Position numbers and translations under genes: made by a program. Below, piece after piece: positions 26,201 through 35,268 of a stretch of DNA of 60,772 nt; position 1 is the first letter of the stretch; each line of letters begins with the position of its first letter. The notes under the pieces were generated by a model. That model saw only the letters and a list, made by a program, of their open reading frames with translations. It did no database searches and had not been told where the DNA came from. The stretch spans positions 1-60,772 of the forward strand of contig JAZRUR010000033.1 of NCBI GenBank assembly GCA_045652625.1. The letters run 5' to 3'. The stretch comes from Eubacteriales bacterium. GTDB taxonomy: Bacteria; Bacillota; Clostridia; Oscillospirales; CAG-382.

Positions 26201-27861
26201 GTAAGGTGCGCGGCAACGGACACAGAAAGGTATTGCTCTTCCTTTCCGATGGTGTACCCACGTTCTTCCAGATAAATGCTAACGATATCGGAACAACGGT
26301 AGACGATGATTATGTACTTACTTCATCTGACACCGGAAGACGTTGGGGAGAAGGTTACACCAGTAACTATCCTTACTGTAAAGATACATCGAAACTAGCT
26401 TTTGACGATTTCAAAGCATCAAACCCCGGTGTAACCGTATTTACGGTTGGTGTATCGAAGGATATTAGTGAAACCAACCAGGAAGAATCACGAAGTCCTG
26501 AAGTGTTGCAGTATATGGCAACTAACGGCAACGGCGCGTTCTACGGAATCGACAGCAGTATGTCGGAATTGAAACTGCAACTCGAATCTATTTTCTACCC
26601 TCGAAACGTTACAATAACCGACGAACTCAGTAAGTATGTTCGTTATTATGAAAATAATCCCGATGTAAAAGTGACCATGAAAGAAATCGGAACAAATAAT
26701 GTTACGGTTTTGTATGAAAACGGCGCTATTACCTCGGCGGGCAGGGATATTTTCGATGGTTTCACTTATACAGCAGGTGATACTTCCGCTAATCCCACCG
26801 GCTCGACCGGTACAATTGTTGCGAAGTTCGATTCTGAATATCAGTTCGATCCAAAATACACTTATACCGTTTCTTTCAACGTAAAGACAACGCAAACGGC
26901 ATATTCGGAATTTGCAAACGAAGGCAAATATAATGCCGTCGGCGATGCAAAAACCGACTATGGAACAAATAATACAAGTTCCGAAAAATCAGGTTTCTAT
27001 TCTAATAACGATGCTACGGTAAGTTATGAAATTTCGGGTGTTCCGGAATCAAGTAAGTATAAACACCCCGTAGTTCAGGTTGCTACCGAATCGTTGATTG
27101 TTAAGAAAGAATGGCTCGACGGATTAGATGCAAACGACCATGATCCGATACAAGTAGTGCTTGTCTTAAATCAAACGATAAACGGCGAAACCACCCAAAC
27201 GCGGATTGGAGAACCCATAACTCTAAATGCGGAGAATAATTGGACATATACGTTCTCTAATCTTGTGAAACAGCAGTTGAGTTCTGACGAATATAAATAT
27301 ACCGTAGAAGAACTTAATGTTCCGAACGGATATGAAGTAAGTTACAGCGAATCTGTTGCAGATGCAAACGGTGTTGTAACATGGACAATCACTAACTATT
27401 CCAATATTGTTTTGACGTTGCAAAAGGTGGATTCGTTAGGAAACACAATTCGTGTTGCAGGTGTCACGTTTGAACTTTACGAAGACGAGGCTTTGACTCT
27501 TAAAGTCGGTGATAAATACATGACCGACAAAACCGGTAAAGTTGTCATCGAAAATATCGAAGACGGCAAAGTCTATTGGTTGGTAGAAAAATCAAGCCCT
27601 CCCGGATACGCATTAATGAACGGCGCACAACCTATTAAGGTTACGGCGAACGGCGTAGATTCGGACATATTGGTTGGTAACAAATACCTCAGTACTGATG
27701 ATGACGGAGTGCTTTACGTTAAGAACTTCCAAGGTTATCAGTTGCCTATGACGGGTGGCAACGGAACATATACCGTATATGCATTCGGTGTATTGCTGAT
27801 GATCGGTACAATAGTGCTTGGTTATGTTTTGAGTCACAGACGCAAAAGCGATGCAAAGTAG
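23242..27861 (+). CDS. Pilus tip adhesin: CHAP-like domain, vWA domain, CnaB/SpaA domains, LPMTG sorting signal
   Basis: N-terminal hydrophobic segment; YTRYGEWYG..WAGMFVSFC..DHVGFV; MIDAS VVDGSSSM, TNYEAGL, FLSDG; KKEW...NNWTYTF; LPMTG + TM + basic tail. Confidence 0.85.
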   Translation: MKQTVLQKAEKYSKKRHKMRTRNRIAMILAVLIVFCTTYALILPAITLEGEKVYCAIEEHEHVLSCYSDSEADVESPMVYEQTVSQVELTDDWRDDIIAVAQTQLGYTESEKNYAVMDDGETIKGYTRYGEWYGNKYGDWAGMFVSFCLNYAGVHESVMPFEENSEKRISALREMNLYHSADSKYKPKLGDLVFFDLDKYDASNPSERVADHVGFVCELVYDEDDSNKLIRIKTIEGDADNSVCKKIYEFDEKTILGYGEIPALLISIPNCDCGNCADELDEHSDDCLRKALAVKLGKEKSAKQLSNLWINLPEDIRNMILAYAEEEQQEKAIKLNALIAALPEVIEKSTSVDGLDFSLTGPFEDSMEANVSEINEDALAGLKEYVKDTEEHLISGAYDISIVDGDNKAEFENPIKVAISGLDIGEINPKYLRVKVYHLVGTDESDVATISDGTEVEIMNASIDEDGNLNFETDDFSVFYFTVDFHYEDITFKIDGYSSILLSQLFKELGLPFDASNANSVVFSDETYISISSVNDDDGNVEDWLLVSEKPFSTEETLKIEFVDGTVFELKVTDNQTPAVSADDTTAVNVTMTGISNGQNVTVTLYNNGVSTGKTITLNASNNWKGSFTNLEEGSYSVEYTTFDGYIYGIQSSKTEGGSWNKVSGFTNGKTYVLVNTSSNTNYAVQNSSGTNLSRSSKVNISNGRITSAVSNAMQWYYDGYLQNVETSNYLMLSNNSGAKTNSSTKNNFTYTSSSYIRQETSTVRYLRYSNSSYSQTTSTSGNNRPTAFTLYEKSGDTDEINFSIIAESRIYNPKEDTTTFEHNKTIDYLNDGVTNPDTDLKGEDYYRLYMDMTGKSEPIDLLIVVDGSSSMTTEDMEGSMRRDDAITKFLNGSTSRVTSDGFISYFLGLNSANNVSVVQFYGLVEDVTVNSSTIVSNQKIDYTHDSTVLLDWTGSASKFVDCECKTNSGTNYEAGLLRATEVFSSSKVRGNGHRKVLLFLSDGVPTFFQINANDIGTTVDDDYVLTSSDTGRRWGEGYTSNYPYCKDTSKLAFDDFKASNPGVTVFTVGVSKDISETNQEESRSPEVLQYMATNGNGAFYGIDSSMSELKLQLESIFYPRNVTITDELSKYVRYYENNPDVKVTMKEIGTNNVTVLYENGAITSAGRDIFDGFTYTAGDTSANPTGSTGTIVAKFDSEYQFDPKYTYTVSFNVKTTQTAYSEFANEGKYNAVGDAKTDYGTNNTSSEKSGFYSNNDATVSYEISGVPESSKYKHPVVQVATESLIVKKEWLDGLDANDHDPIQVVLVLNQTINGETTQTRIGEPITLNAENNWTYTFSNLVKQQLSSDEYKYTVEELNVPNGYEVSYSESVADANGVVTWTITNYSNIVLTLQKVDSLGNTIRVAGVTFELYEDEALTLKVGDKYMTDKTGKVVIENIEDGKVYWLVEKSSPPGYALMNGAQPIKVTANGVDSDILVGNKYLSTDDDGVLYVKNFQGYQLPMTGGNGTYTVYAFGVLLMIGTIVLGYVLSHRRKSDAK

Positions 27862-27958
27862 AGCAACACTTGCGTTGTGAAAACATGCTTTGCGTGTCCT
27901 TAATTTATTTGAAATAAAAAAATAAAAAAAATATATTTTTGGTTGAAAGGACTAAAAA

Positions 27959-29662
27959 ATGAAAAACACAAAAAGACTTTTTGCGCTTTTGATTGCAGTG
28001 TTAATGGTATTTTCTATGAATATCATCGCACTTGCAGCAAACAACGACGGTAAGATTACCGTTGCGAACGCAACCATCGGCGAAACCTACACGATCTACA
28101 AAATTTTCGATGCAAAATTAGGTGACGACGATGCAATCACTTACGTCTATGACGGAACTCTTCCTGAAAACGACTACTTCACACAGGATGAATACGGTTT
28201 CATCAGTGTGCAGGATGCCGCAGTAGACGCAAACGGCAACCTTACTGAAGGTGCAATCGAATTCCTCGGCACATTGAAGACCACTGCAACTGAGACTATC
28301 GTTGCTGAAAGTTCTACAGTTGTATTCGATGAACTCGCATACGGCTATTACTATGTAACCTCCTCTCTTGGCGTTGCAGTAACCATCGACAGCACAAATC
28401 CCGAAGTTGTTATCATCGACAAAAACAACGCTCCCACCATTACCAAGACAGTAAACAAAGAAGAAGCAACAATCGGCGAAGTTCTTACCTTTACTGTTGA
28501 AGTTCCCCTTGTACAGTATGAAGGCACCAAAAAAATCGTTGAATACTACGTATTCGATAATATGGAAGATTGCCTTACCTACAACGATGACCTTTCCGCA
28601 ACCATCAAAATCGGCAACGGCGAAGCAGTAGAATTCGACGGTTATGAACTTTACACCAAGGACTCTACCGACGTTGAACTCGCAGAAGGTCAGGATTTCC
28701 TCGCTGTTATCGCTATGCAGAACACCACAACAATAACTGTTGGCGAAGGCGAAGAAGCAGAAGAAGTAACCGTTTATGACGGCACCTTCCTTTATGACGC
28801 AAACGCAGTTGTAACCTTTACTTACACTGCTACCGTTAATGAAAACGTTAAGGTTGGCGAGGCTATGCTCAACTACGTTGAACTTAACTGGATTGCTGAC
28901 GCAGGTCGCGTTCCTCCTCCTGTACCTCCCGTACCTCCCACACCTCCCGCAGAACTTCCTACCGAACCTAATGGTGAAGGTCCCAACGGCACCACAAAGA
29001 ACTATTCTTCCGAAATCAAACTCACCAAGATTAACGGTGAAGACGAAACTCTTGTTGGCGCAAAATTCACTATTTCCGGTATTTCCACAAAAGTAGCATA
29101 CATCAACGAAACCATCTTCGTTAAGGATGATGAAGGCGATTACTGGATGCTCAACGACGGTACTTATACTACCGACGCACCTATTACCGAATCCTACACC
29201 GAAGGCTACGTTACCTATCTTGCTAACGCAGATAAGTACGACAGCCTCACCCAAAAATACACCAAGGTTACCAATGTAACCAAAGAAACCTCTGAATTAG
29301 AAAACATCACCGCTGAAGGTTATGTTGATGCAAACGGTGTTATCACTTTCACCGGTCTCGGCGAAGGCGAATACATCATCACCGAAATTATCGCTCCCTC
29401 GGGTTACAATCGTCTTACTGATGATATTACTGTTGTAATTGATTTCAACGAAGACGAAAAAGTATTCACCGCTACTGTTGACGGCGCAGATACCGAAGTT
29501 GTTGACGGCGTTGTTTCGTTCGACGTAATCAACTATGCAGGTGCTGTTCTTCCCGGCACCGGTGGTATCGGTACTACCATTTTCTATGTACTCGGCGGAC
29601 TCCTTCTTGTTGCTGCAGCAGTATTGCTTATCACCAAGAAATTTGCAGGCGCAAAGAGATAA
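27959..29662 (+). CDS. Major (backbone) pilin, isopeptide-domain type
   Basis: Signal peptide, IIDKN candidate pilin lysine, E-box YIITEIIAPSGY, LPGTGG sorting signal, strongly biased codon use. Confidence 0.88.
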   Translation: MKNTKRLFALLIAVLMVFSMNIIALAANNDGKITVANATIGETYTIYKIFDAKLGDDDAITYVYDGTLPENDYFTQDEYGFISVQDAAVDANGNLTEGAIEFLGTLKTTATETIVAESSTVVFDELAYGYYYVTSSLGVAVTIDSTNPEVVIIDKNNAPTITKTVNKEEATIGEVLTFTVEVPLVQYEGTKKIVEYYVFDNMEDCLTYNDDLSATIKIGNGEAVEFDGYELYTKDSTDVELAEGQDFLAVIAMQNTTTITVGEGEEAEEVTVYDGTFLYDANAVVTFTYTATVNENVKVGEAMLNYVELNWIADAGRVPPPVPPVPPTPPAELPTEPNGEGPNGTTKNYSSEIKLTKINGEDETLVGAKFTISGISTKVAYINETIFVKDDEGDYWMLNDGTYTTDAPITESYTEGYVTYLANADKYDSLTQKYTKVTNVTKETSELENITAEGYVDANGVITFTGLGEGEYIITEIIAPSGYNRLTDDITVVIDFNEDEKVFTATVDGADTEVVDGVVSFDVINYAGAVLPGTGGIGTTIFYVLGGLLLVAAAVLLITKKFAGAKR

Positions 29663-29691
29663 TTTTTAAAAAACCATAAAATGATTGCTAT

Positions 29692-29722
29692 TTACCGGAG
29701 AGGGATTATCCTTCTCCGGTAA
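29692..29722 (+). terminator. Stem-loop between pilin and sortase (terminator or mRNA stabiliser)
   Basis: TTACCGGAGAGGGA-TTA-TCCTTCTCCGGTAA; no strong U tract. Confidence 0.55.
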
Positions 29723-29745
29723 TACAATAGAAAGGAGGAATCTGC

Positions 29746-30597
29746 ATGTACAAGACCAAAACTCAAAAAAGACGTAGTAGAAGTTTTACAACGATATTAT
29801 TGGTTTTAGTCTTTATTGTGGGATTTTCCTTGCTATTGTATCCGACGATAAGCGATTATATAAATTCATTGCACCAGTCTAAGGTTATTTCATCTTATTC
29901 CGAATTTGTATCGAATATCGACGATGAAACATATGAAAAAATTTTAAAGGCTGCAAGAGATTACAATGAAACTATTGCGACCCGACAAAATGATTTTTCG
30001 CTTAGTCCCGAAGAAAAAGAAGTCTATAACAAATTGCTTAATGTTTCCGGCGACGGAATAATGGGATATATCGAAATTCCCAGCATAAAATGTACGCTTC
30101 CGATTTGTCACGGTACAAGCGAAAGCGTTCTTCAAACTGCAATCGGACATCTTGAATGGACGAGTCTGCCTATCGGCGGCGAAAGCACGCATAGTGTAGT
30201 ATCCGGACACCGCGGTCTTCCGTCTGCCAAGTTATTTACTAATTTGGATAAACTTGCAGAAGGCGACATTTTCATGATACGCGTTCTTGACGAAGTGTTG
30301 ACGTATGAAGTTGACCAGATTCTTATTATAGAACCGGATCAGGTAGAATCGTTGCGCGTGGAGAACGGGAAAGATTATTGTACGTTGTTTACGTGTACGC
30401 CCTACGGCGTTAATACACACCGCATGTGTGTTCGAGGACGCCGAATTGACAATATCGAGGAGTCCAAGACGATTCACGTTACATCGGACGCGATGCAGAT
30501 CGAACCGCTTATCGTTGCACCTATTGTGGCATTTCCGATTTTATTGGTGGTGTTCATAATAATTATGATGTCAAAACCCAAAAACAAAATAGAATAA
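29746..30597 (+). CDS. srtC: Class C (pilus-specific) sortase
   Basis: GHLEWTSLPIGG, SGHRGLP, TLFTCTPYGVNTHR; N- and C-terminal TM segments. Confidence 0.92.
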   Translation: MYKTKTQKRRSRSFTTILLVLVFIVGFSLLLYPTISDYINSLHQSKVISSYSEFVSNIDDETYEKILKAARDYNETIATRQNDFSLSPEEKEVYNKLLNVSGDGIMGYIEIPSIKCTLPICHGTSESVLQTAIGHLEWTSLPIGGESTHSVVSGHRGLPSAKLFTNLDKLAEGDIFMIRVLDEVLTYEVDQILIIEPDQVESLRVENGKDYCTLFTCTPYGVNTHRMCVRGRRIDNIEESKTIHVTSDAMQIEPLIVAPIVAFPILLVVFIIIMMSKPKNKIE

Positions 30598-30630
30598 GAG
30601 TCGTTTTTGCAGAAAAAACGACTCTTTTTT
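30596..30630 (+). terminator. Intrinsic terminator of the pilus operon
   Basis: AAGAGTCGTTTTT-GCAGA-AAAAACGACTCTT plus T run. Confidence 0.75.
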
Positions 30631-30747
30631 GTTTTCAAATATGCTCGGATATTGAATTATAATGGTTGTTTTTGTTGTTGATTTATGCTATAATGTGTAC
30701 AATTCTTGATATTAATGAAGCGAATTTTCAGTAAAGGCGAAATAAGT

Positions 30748-31497
30748 ATGCATAAGGCAAAACTCAAGTTCCATAGAGCAAGAATGGAAATGAAAGCATT
30801 GTTAAAGTCGATTCCGGCAACAACAGTGACGTTATTTGTTGTCAGCGTTATCTGTATGAATCTTTTAGCAAATAAGACTCTTTTACAGTTGGATTGGATA
30901 GCGCTGGACGGCGGTATATTGATCTCTTGGTTATCGTTTATGTGTATGGATATTATAACCAAGCACTTCGGTCCAAAAGCATCTAACCGTATTTCTGTAC
31001 TTGCTGCTATGATTAATCTGCTCACTTGCTTGATTTTCTTTGTTGCGAGTATAATTCCGTCAAATGCGAGTGATTACAGTGCTTTCGACGGCATTTTCGG
31101 CGGCACTTGGTTTATCCTTTTGGGAAGTACGGTCGCTTTTCTCGCTTCTGCGGTGATCAATAATAGATTGAATTGGATGATCGGAAAATGTTTTAAGAAT
31201 AATTCTGACGGTAAACTTGCTTTTGCCATGCGAACCTATGTTTCGACATTTGTCGGTCAGTTTTTAGATAATTTTATCTTTTCGATTATAGTGTTTGTCA
31301 TTTTTGCTCCGATCTTCTGGGACGGATTCCATTGGACGGTATTGCAATGCAGTATGTGCGCATTGACCGGTGCAGTTGCAGAACTTCTCATGGAAATCGT
31401 TTTTTCTCCTATCGGATACCGTATCACGAAAAAGTGGCAAAACGAGTCTGTGGGCAAAGAATACTTTGACTATATAGAAAGGGAAGCAAAAGAATGA
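30748..31497 (+). CDS. VUT (YhhQ/Vut_1) family transporter, queuosine-precursor-transporter-like
   Basis: NLLANK, DIITKHFG, STVAFLAS, RTYVSTFVGQFLDNFIF patterns; start uncertain. Confidence 0.7.
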   Translation: MHKAKLKFHRARMEMKALLKSIPATTVTLFVVSVICMNLLANKTLLQLDWIALDGGILISWLSFMCMDIITKHFGPKASNRISVLAAMINLLTCLIFFVASIIPSNASDYSAFDGIFGGTWFILLGSTVAFLASAVINNRLNWMIGKCFKNNSDGKLAFAMRTYVSTFVGQFLDNFIFSIIVFVIFAPIFWDGFHWTVLQCSMCALTGAVAELLMEIVFSPIGYRITKKWQNESVGKEYFDYIEREAKE

Positions 31498-32147
31498 AAG
31501 TTTTGATCACGGGAACATCACAGGGCATAGGTAAGGCCATTGCGGAGATCTTTCTTAAAGAAGGACATGATGTTGTTGGTATAGATAGACAAGAGAAAAG
31601 TATTGATCATACCGCTTATACTCATTATGTGTGCGACGTGAGAGATAAAGACGCTTTGCCTTGTGTTAATGATGTTGAAATTCTCATAAACAATGCAGGA
31701 ACGCAGAACGAGGCAGATATAGATATCAATTTAAAAGCGCTGATTTATATTACCGAAAAATACGGCGTTCAGAGTAATATTAAGTCTATTTTAAATATTG
31801 GTTCTGCAAGTGCGCATACAGGGGCGGAATTTCCCGAATACTGTGCAAGTAAAGGCGGAGTTTTATCGTACACTAAAAATGTTGCGATGCGTATTTCAAA
31901 ATACGGCGCTACTTGTAACAGTTTAGATCCCGGCGGAGTTATCACGCCGCTTAACGAATGTGTCATGAATGACCCTAAACTGTGGGAACAGATTATGGAC
32001 GAAACACCGCTTAGAAGATGGGCAACTGCCGAAGAAATAGCACAGTGGGCATACTTTTTGACAGTTATCAATAAGTTTTGCACGGGACAGAATATCTTGG
32101 TAGACGGTGGAGAATCAATCAACTACAATTTCATTTGGAAAGATTAG
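31494..32147 (+). CDS. Short-chain dehydrogenase/reductase
   Basis: TGTSQGIG, NNAG, YCASK catalytic motif, TGQNILVDGG; ATGA overlap with the VUT gene. Confidence 0.92.
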   Translation: MKVLITGTSQGIGKAIAEIFLKEGHDVVGIDRQEKSIDHTAYTHYVCDVRDKDALPCVNDVEILINNAGTQNEADIDINLKALIYITEKYGVQSNIKSILNIGSASAHTGAEFPEYCASKGGVLSYTKNVAMRISKYGATCNSLDPGGVITPLNECVMNDPKLWEQIMDETPLRRWATAEEIAQWAYFLTVINKFCTGQNILVDGGESINYNFIWKD

Positions 32148-32333
32148 TTAAAATATAGTATATTTTGAGGCATATAACATTATATTTTAACAAGAGATTA
32201 ATAAAATTTAACGAAAGATTGAAAAATGGAGTTAGATATACAAAAGACGGTTAAAAAGTCGACTTTTGTTGAAATTTCTCTTGTGAAATATCTTAAAAGT
32301 ATGTTATAATTACTTAAATTCCGAAAACGGAGC

Positions 32334-33560
32334 ATGTATATTCAAATGAAGCAGAAACAAAAGAAATGGATGAAATATCGCCACAGAGTAGTTAGAAATG
32401 TTGCTATGGCGATACTTTATCCCTATTCGAAAATAAAATACGGCATCAAAGTCGACCGATTTAAAGAACAAGGTGATAGAGCCTATCTCGTTTTGCTTAA
32501 CCACCAAACCGCGTTCGACCAATTTTTTGTCGGCATGGCGTTCAAAGGTCCGATATATTACCTTGCAAGTGAAGATTTATTTTCGAAAGGTTGGGTGTCC
32601 TCGGCTTTAAGATGGTTGGTTGCGCCGATTCCGATCAAGAAACAAACAACCGATATTGCTGCGGTTTTAAACTGTATGCGAGTGGCCAAAGAAGGCGGCA
32701 CTATTGCTATCGCCCCTGAGGGAAACCGTACATATAGCGGCAAGACCGAATATATGAATCCGTCGATAGCCATGTTGGCAAAGCGGATTAAACTTCCGAT
32801 AGTATTGTACCGTATCGAGGGCGGATATGGTGTTCATCCGCGCTGGAGTGACGTTGTAAGAAAGGGCAGTATGCATTCTTACGTTTCGCGCGTTATCGAA
32901 CCCGAAGAATATCAAAACATGACCGATGATGAACTCTTGCGTGAGATAGAGAGCGGACTTATGGTTGACGAGGGCGTCGCCGACGGCTTGTTCAAATCCA
33001 AAAAGACTGCCGAATACCTGGAACGCGCGGTTTATGTTTGCCCGTTTTGCGGACTTTCGGAGTTTGAGAGCAACGGCAAAGAGATAGAATGTAAAAAGTG
33101 CAACCGTAAAATTATTTACGGTGACGATAAAAAACTCACAGGCGTAGGTTTTGATTTTCCGTTTGAATTTGTTACCGAGTGGTACGATTATCAAAAAGAT
33201 TTTGTTAATGCGCTTGATCTGGCACAATATAACGAAAATCCGATGTATGTCGAGCGTTCGAATCTGTCCGAAGTAATTGTAAACGAACATAAGAATATTC
33301 TTTTCGAAAACGCTGAAATACGTCTTTACGGCGATAAAGTTACCGTAAACGAGGGAAGTGAAGGCGCTTTGGTTTTCCGCTTTGACGAGGTGACTGCCGT
33401 TTCGGTTTTGGGACGTAATAAGTTAAATATATATCACGACAAGAGGGTATTTCAGTTAAAAAGCGGTAAACGCTTTAATGCGCTTAAGTATGTGAATATG
33501 TATTACCGTTATAAGAACATAAGCAAAGGAGATACAGATGGAAAATTTTTGGGACTTTAG
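32334..33560 (+). CDS. PlsC-like lysophospholipid acyltransferase with C-terminal extension
   Basis: NHQTAFD (HX4D), APEGNR; CPFC..CKKC zinc-ribbon-like motif in the C-terminal half. Confidence 0.8.
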   Translation: MYIQMKQKQKKWMKYRHRVVRNVAMAILYPYSKIKYGIKVDRFKEQGDRAYLVLLNHQTAFDQFFVGMAFKGPIYYLASEDLFSKGWVSSALRWLVAPIPIKKQTTDIAAVLNCMRVAKEGGTIAIAPEGNRTYSGKTEYMNPSIAMLAKRIKLPIVLYRIEGGYGVHPRWSDVVRKGSMHSYVSRVIEPEEYQNMTDDELLREIESGLMVDEGVADGLFKSKKTAEYLERAVYVCPFCGLSEFESNGKEIECKKCNRKIIYGDDKKLTGVGFDFPFEFVTEWYDYQKDFVNALDLAQYNENPMYVERSNLSEVIVNEHKNILFENAEIRLYGDKVTVNEGSEGALVFRFDEVTAVSVLGRNKLNIYHDKRVFQLKSGKRFNALKYVNMYYRYKNISKGDTDGKFLGL

Positions 33561-34923
33561 CGTTTGGAGCAGTTTTAACCTGATCGCAGTTTTGCTGGTT
33601 AGTCTTCTTGTTGCAAACGTATTGAAAAAGAACATCAAATTTCTTCAAGCGTCGCTTATCCCCACTTCTGTTCTCGCAGGGGGCGTTTTGGTTGTTGTTG
33701 CAGGTATTTATAAGTCTGTAACAGGCGATGTGATGTTTGATACTGCCTTTTTCGGCGGTGACGGAACCGCAACGCTTGAATTACTTACATACCATACTCT
33801 CGCGTTGGGCTTTATTGCTTCTGCTTTCAAAAATTCAAAAGGCAAACTTAATAAGCAAAGAACGACCGAAATATTTAATACCGGCGTAACAACGGTTTCT
33901 ACCTATCTGTTGCAAGGCGTAGTCGGTATGGGCATCACCATTGTCGCCGCTATGATAGTTACCGATTTCTTCTCGGCTGCAGGACTTTTGCTTCCGTTCG
34001 GATACGGACAGGGAACAGGTCAGGCACTTAATTACGGCGGAATTTATGAAAACGACTTTGGCTTTTCAGGCGGTAAGAGTTTTGGTCTTACAATCGCGGC
34101 GTTGGGATTTATTTGCGCAAGTATCGGCGGCGTTATTCATTTGAATATTTTGAGAAAAAAAGGAAAAATATTAACAAAAGCCACCGAGGAAGGGGCATTG
34201 CGTTCCGAAGAGATTCAATCGGATAACGAAATTCCCATGCAAGAAAGCATTGATAAAATGACAGTGCAGATTGCACTTATTGCGTTGGCATACCTTTTGG
34301 CTTACTTGTTTATGTTTTTACTTAGCAATTTCTTGCCCGGTATGAAGTCGGTAATCTTTGGCTTTAACTTCCTGCTTGGTGTTTTAGCCGCAACGCTGGT
34401 AAAGGCTGTAATGGCATTTTTGAAGAAGAAAAAGGTTATAAAGAAAGAGTATACAAACGACTTTCTTATGACTCGTGCAAGTAACTTTTTCTTCGATTTA
34501 ATGGTAGTTGCGGGTATCGCGGCAATTCGTCTGAGCGCCTTAGAAAACTACTGGGGAATAATTTTGATTATGGGTGTCGTAGGATTAATCATCACCTATA
34601 TTTATAATCATTTTATAGCAAAGACGCTGTTCAAAGAATATCAAGAGGAACAGTTCCTTGCGATGTACGGAATGCTCACAGGTACGGCAAGTACAGGTAT
34701 AATTCTTCTTCGTGAGATAGACGGCGATTTCAAAACCCCCGCAGCAGACAACTTGGTATACCAAAACTTTCCTGCTATCGTTTTTGGTTTCCCGTTGATG
34801 ATACTTGCAACACTCGCACCCGTAAAACCGATTCTGACGTTAATAATACTCTTCCTTTTCTTCGTTGTTTTGAATGTGATTTTGTTCAGAAGTTTTATCT
34901 TCAAAAAACGCACGAAAAAGTAG
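33538..34923 (+). CDS. Sodium:glutamate symporter (GltS/ESS)-like membrane protein
   Basis: Multi-TM; GYGQGTGQA and YGMLTGTASTG re-entrant-loop motifs. Confidence 0.65.
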   Translation: MENFWDFSVWSSFNLIAVLLVSLLVANVLKKNIKFLQASLIPTSVLAGGVLVVVAGIYKSVTGDVMFDTAFFGGDGTATLELLTYHTLALGFIASAFKNSKGKLNKQRTTEIFNTGVTTVSTYLLQGVVGMGITIVAAMIVTDFFSAAGLLLPFGYGQGTGQALNYGGIYENDFGFSGGKSFGLTIAALGFICASIGGVIHLNILRKKGKILTKATEEGALRSEEIQSDNEIPMQESIDKMTVQIALIALAYLLAYLFMFLLSNFLPGMKSVIFGFNFLLGVLAATLVKAVMAFLKKKKVIKKEYTNDFLMTRASNFFFDLMVVAGIAAIRLSALENYWGIILIMGVVGLIITYIYNHFIAKTLFKEYQEEQFLAMYGMLTGTASTGIILLREIDGDFKTPAADNLVYQNFPAIVFGFPLMILATLAPVKPILTLIILFLFFVVLNVILFRSFIFKKRTKK

Positions 34924-34944
34924 ACTCTATTTTAAAAGAAATAT

Positions 34945-35025
34945 AAAAGAAAACCATCCGTTTAGGATGGTTTTTGTTTTGGCGCGAAAATAAAGGGATA
35001 CCGTGAGGGCATCACTAAAGAGCAG
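34945..35025 (-). ncRNA. Candidate small RNA (or tRNA-gene scar)
   Basis: Minus-strand TTGACT-17-TATAAT promoter (35030-35058) points into the terminator at 34950-34974 with no ORF between. Confidence 0.4.
34950..34974. terminator. Bidirectional intrinsic terminator
   Basis: AAAACCATCC-GTTTA-GGATGGTTTT with T tracts on both strands. Confidence 0.8.
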
Positions 35026-35268
35026 AACTATTATACGATTTTCTTGTATAAAAGTCAACAATCGGCGGTCGGGCAGTACCACCGAATTCTCGCTTTCTGC
35101 GGTTTGAACCGCGCGGTTACAAATATGTGATTCTATAATGATTTTATCAAAGGTTATTTCGGGTTTCGGATTTATATTATAACTTATAAAATTTTTTAAA
35201 ATTCTTCTTGCGTTAGTCGATTGCTTGTTTTATAATATGGGAAGCGTATAAGATTAAGGGGTGATTCG

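Noticed and set aside
28118..29254. Long antisense ORFs opposite the pilin (also 52230-53645, 55733-57001, 23146-24153)
   Set aside because: They are shadows of well-supported genes on the other strand, show no recognisable motifs, and are expected from biased codon use.
30630..30747. preQ1 riboswitch upstream of the VUT transporter
   Set aside because: No recognisable preQ1-I stem with A-rich tail.
32266..32278. Possible third MarR operator upstream of the acyltransferase (TTGTTGAAATTTC)
   Set aside because: Only the left arm and spacer match; the right arm is absent.
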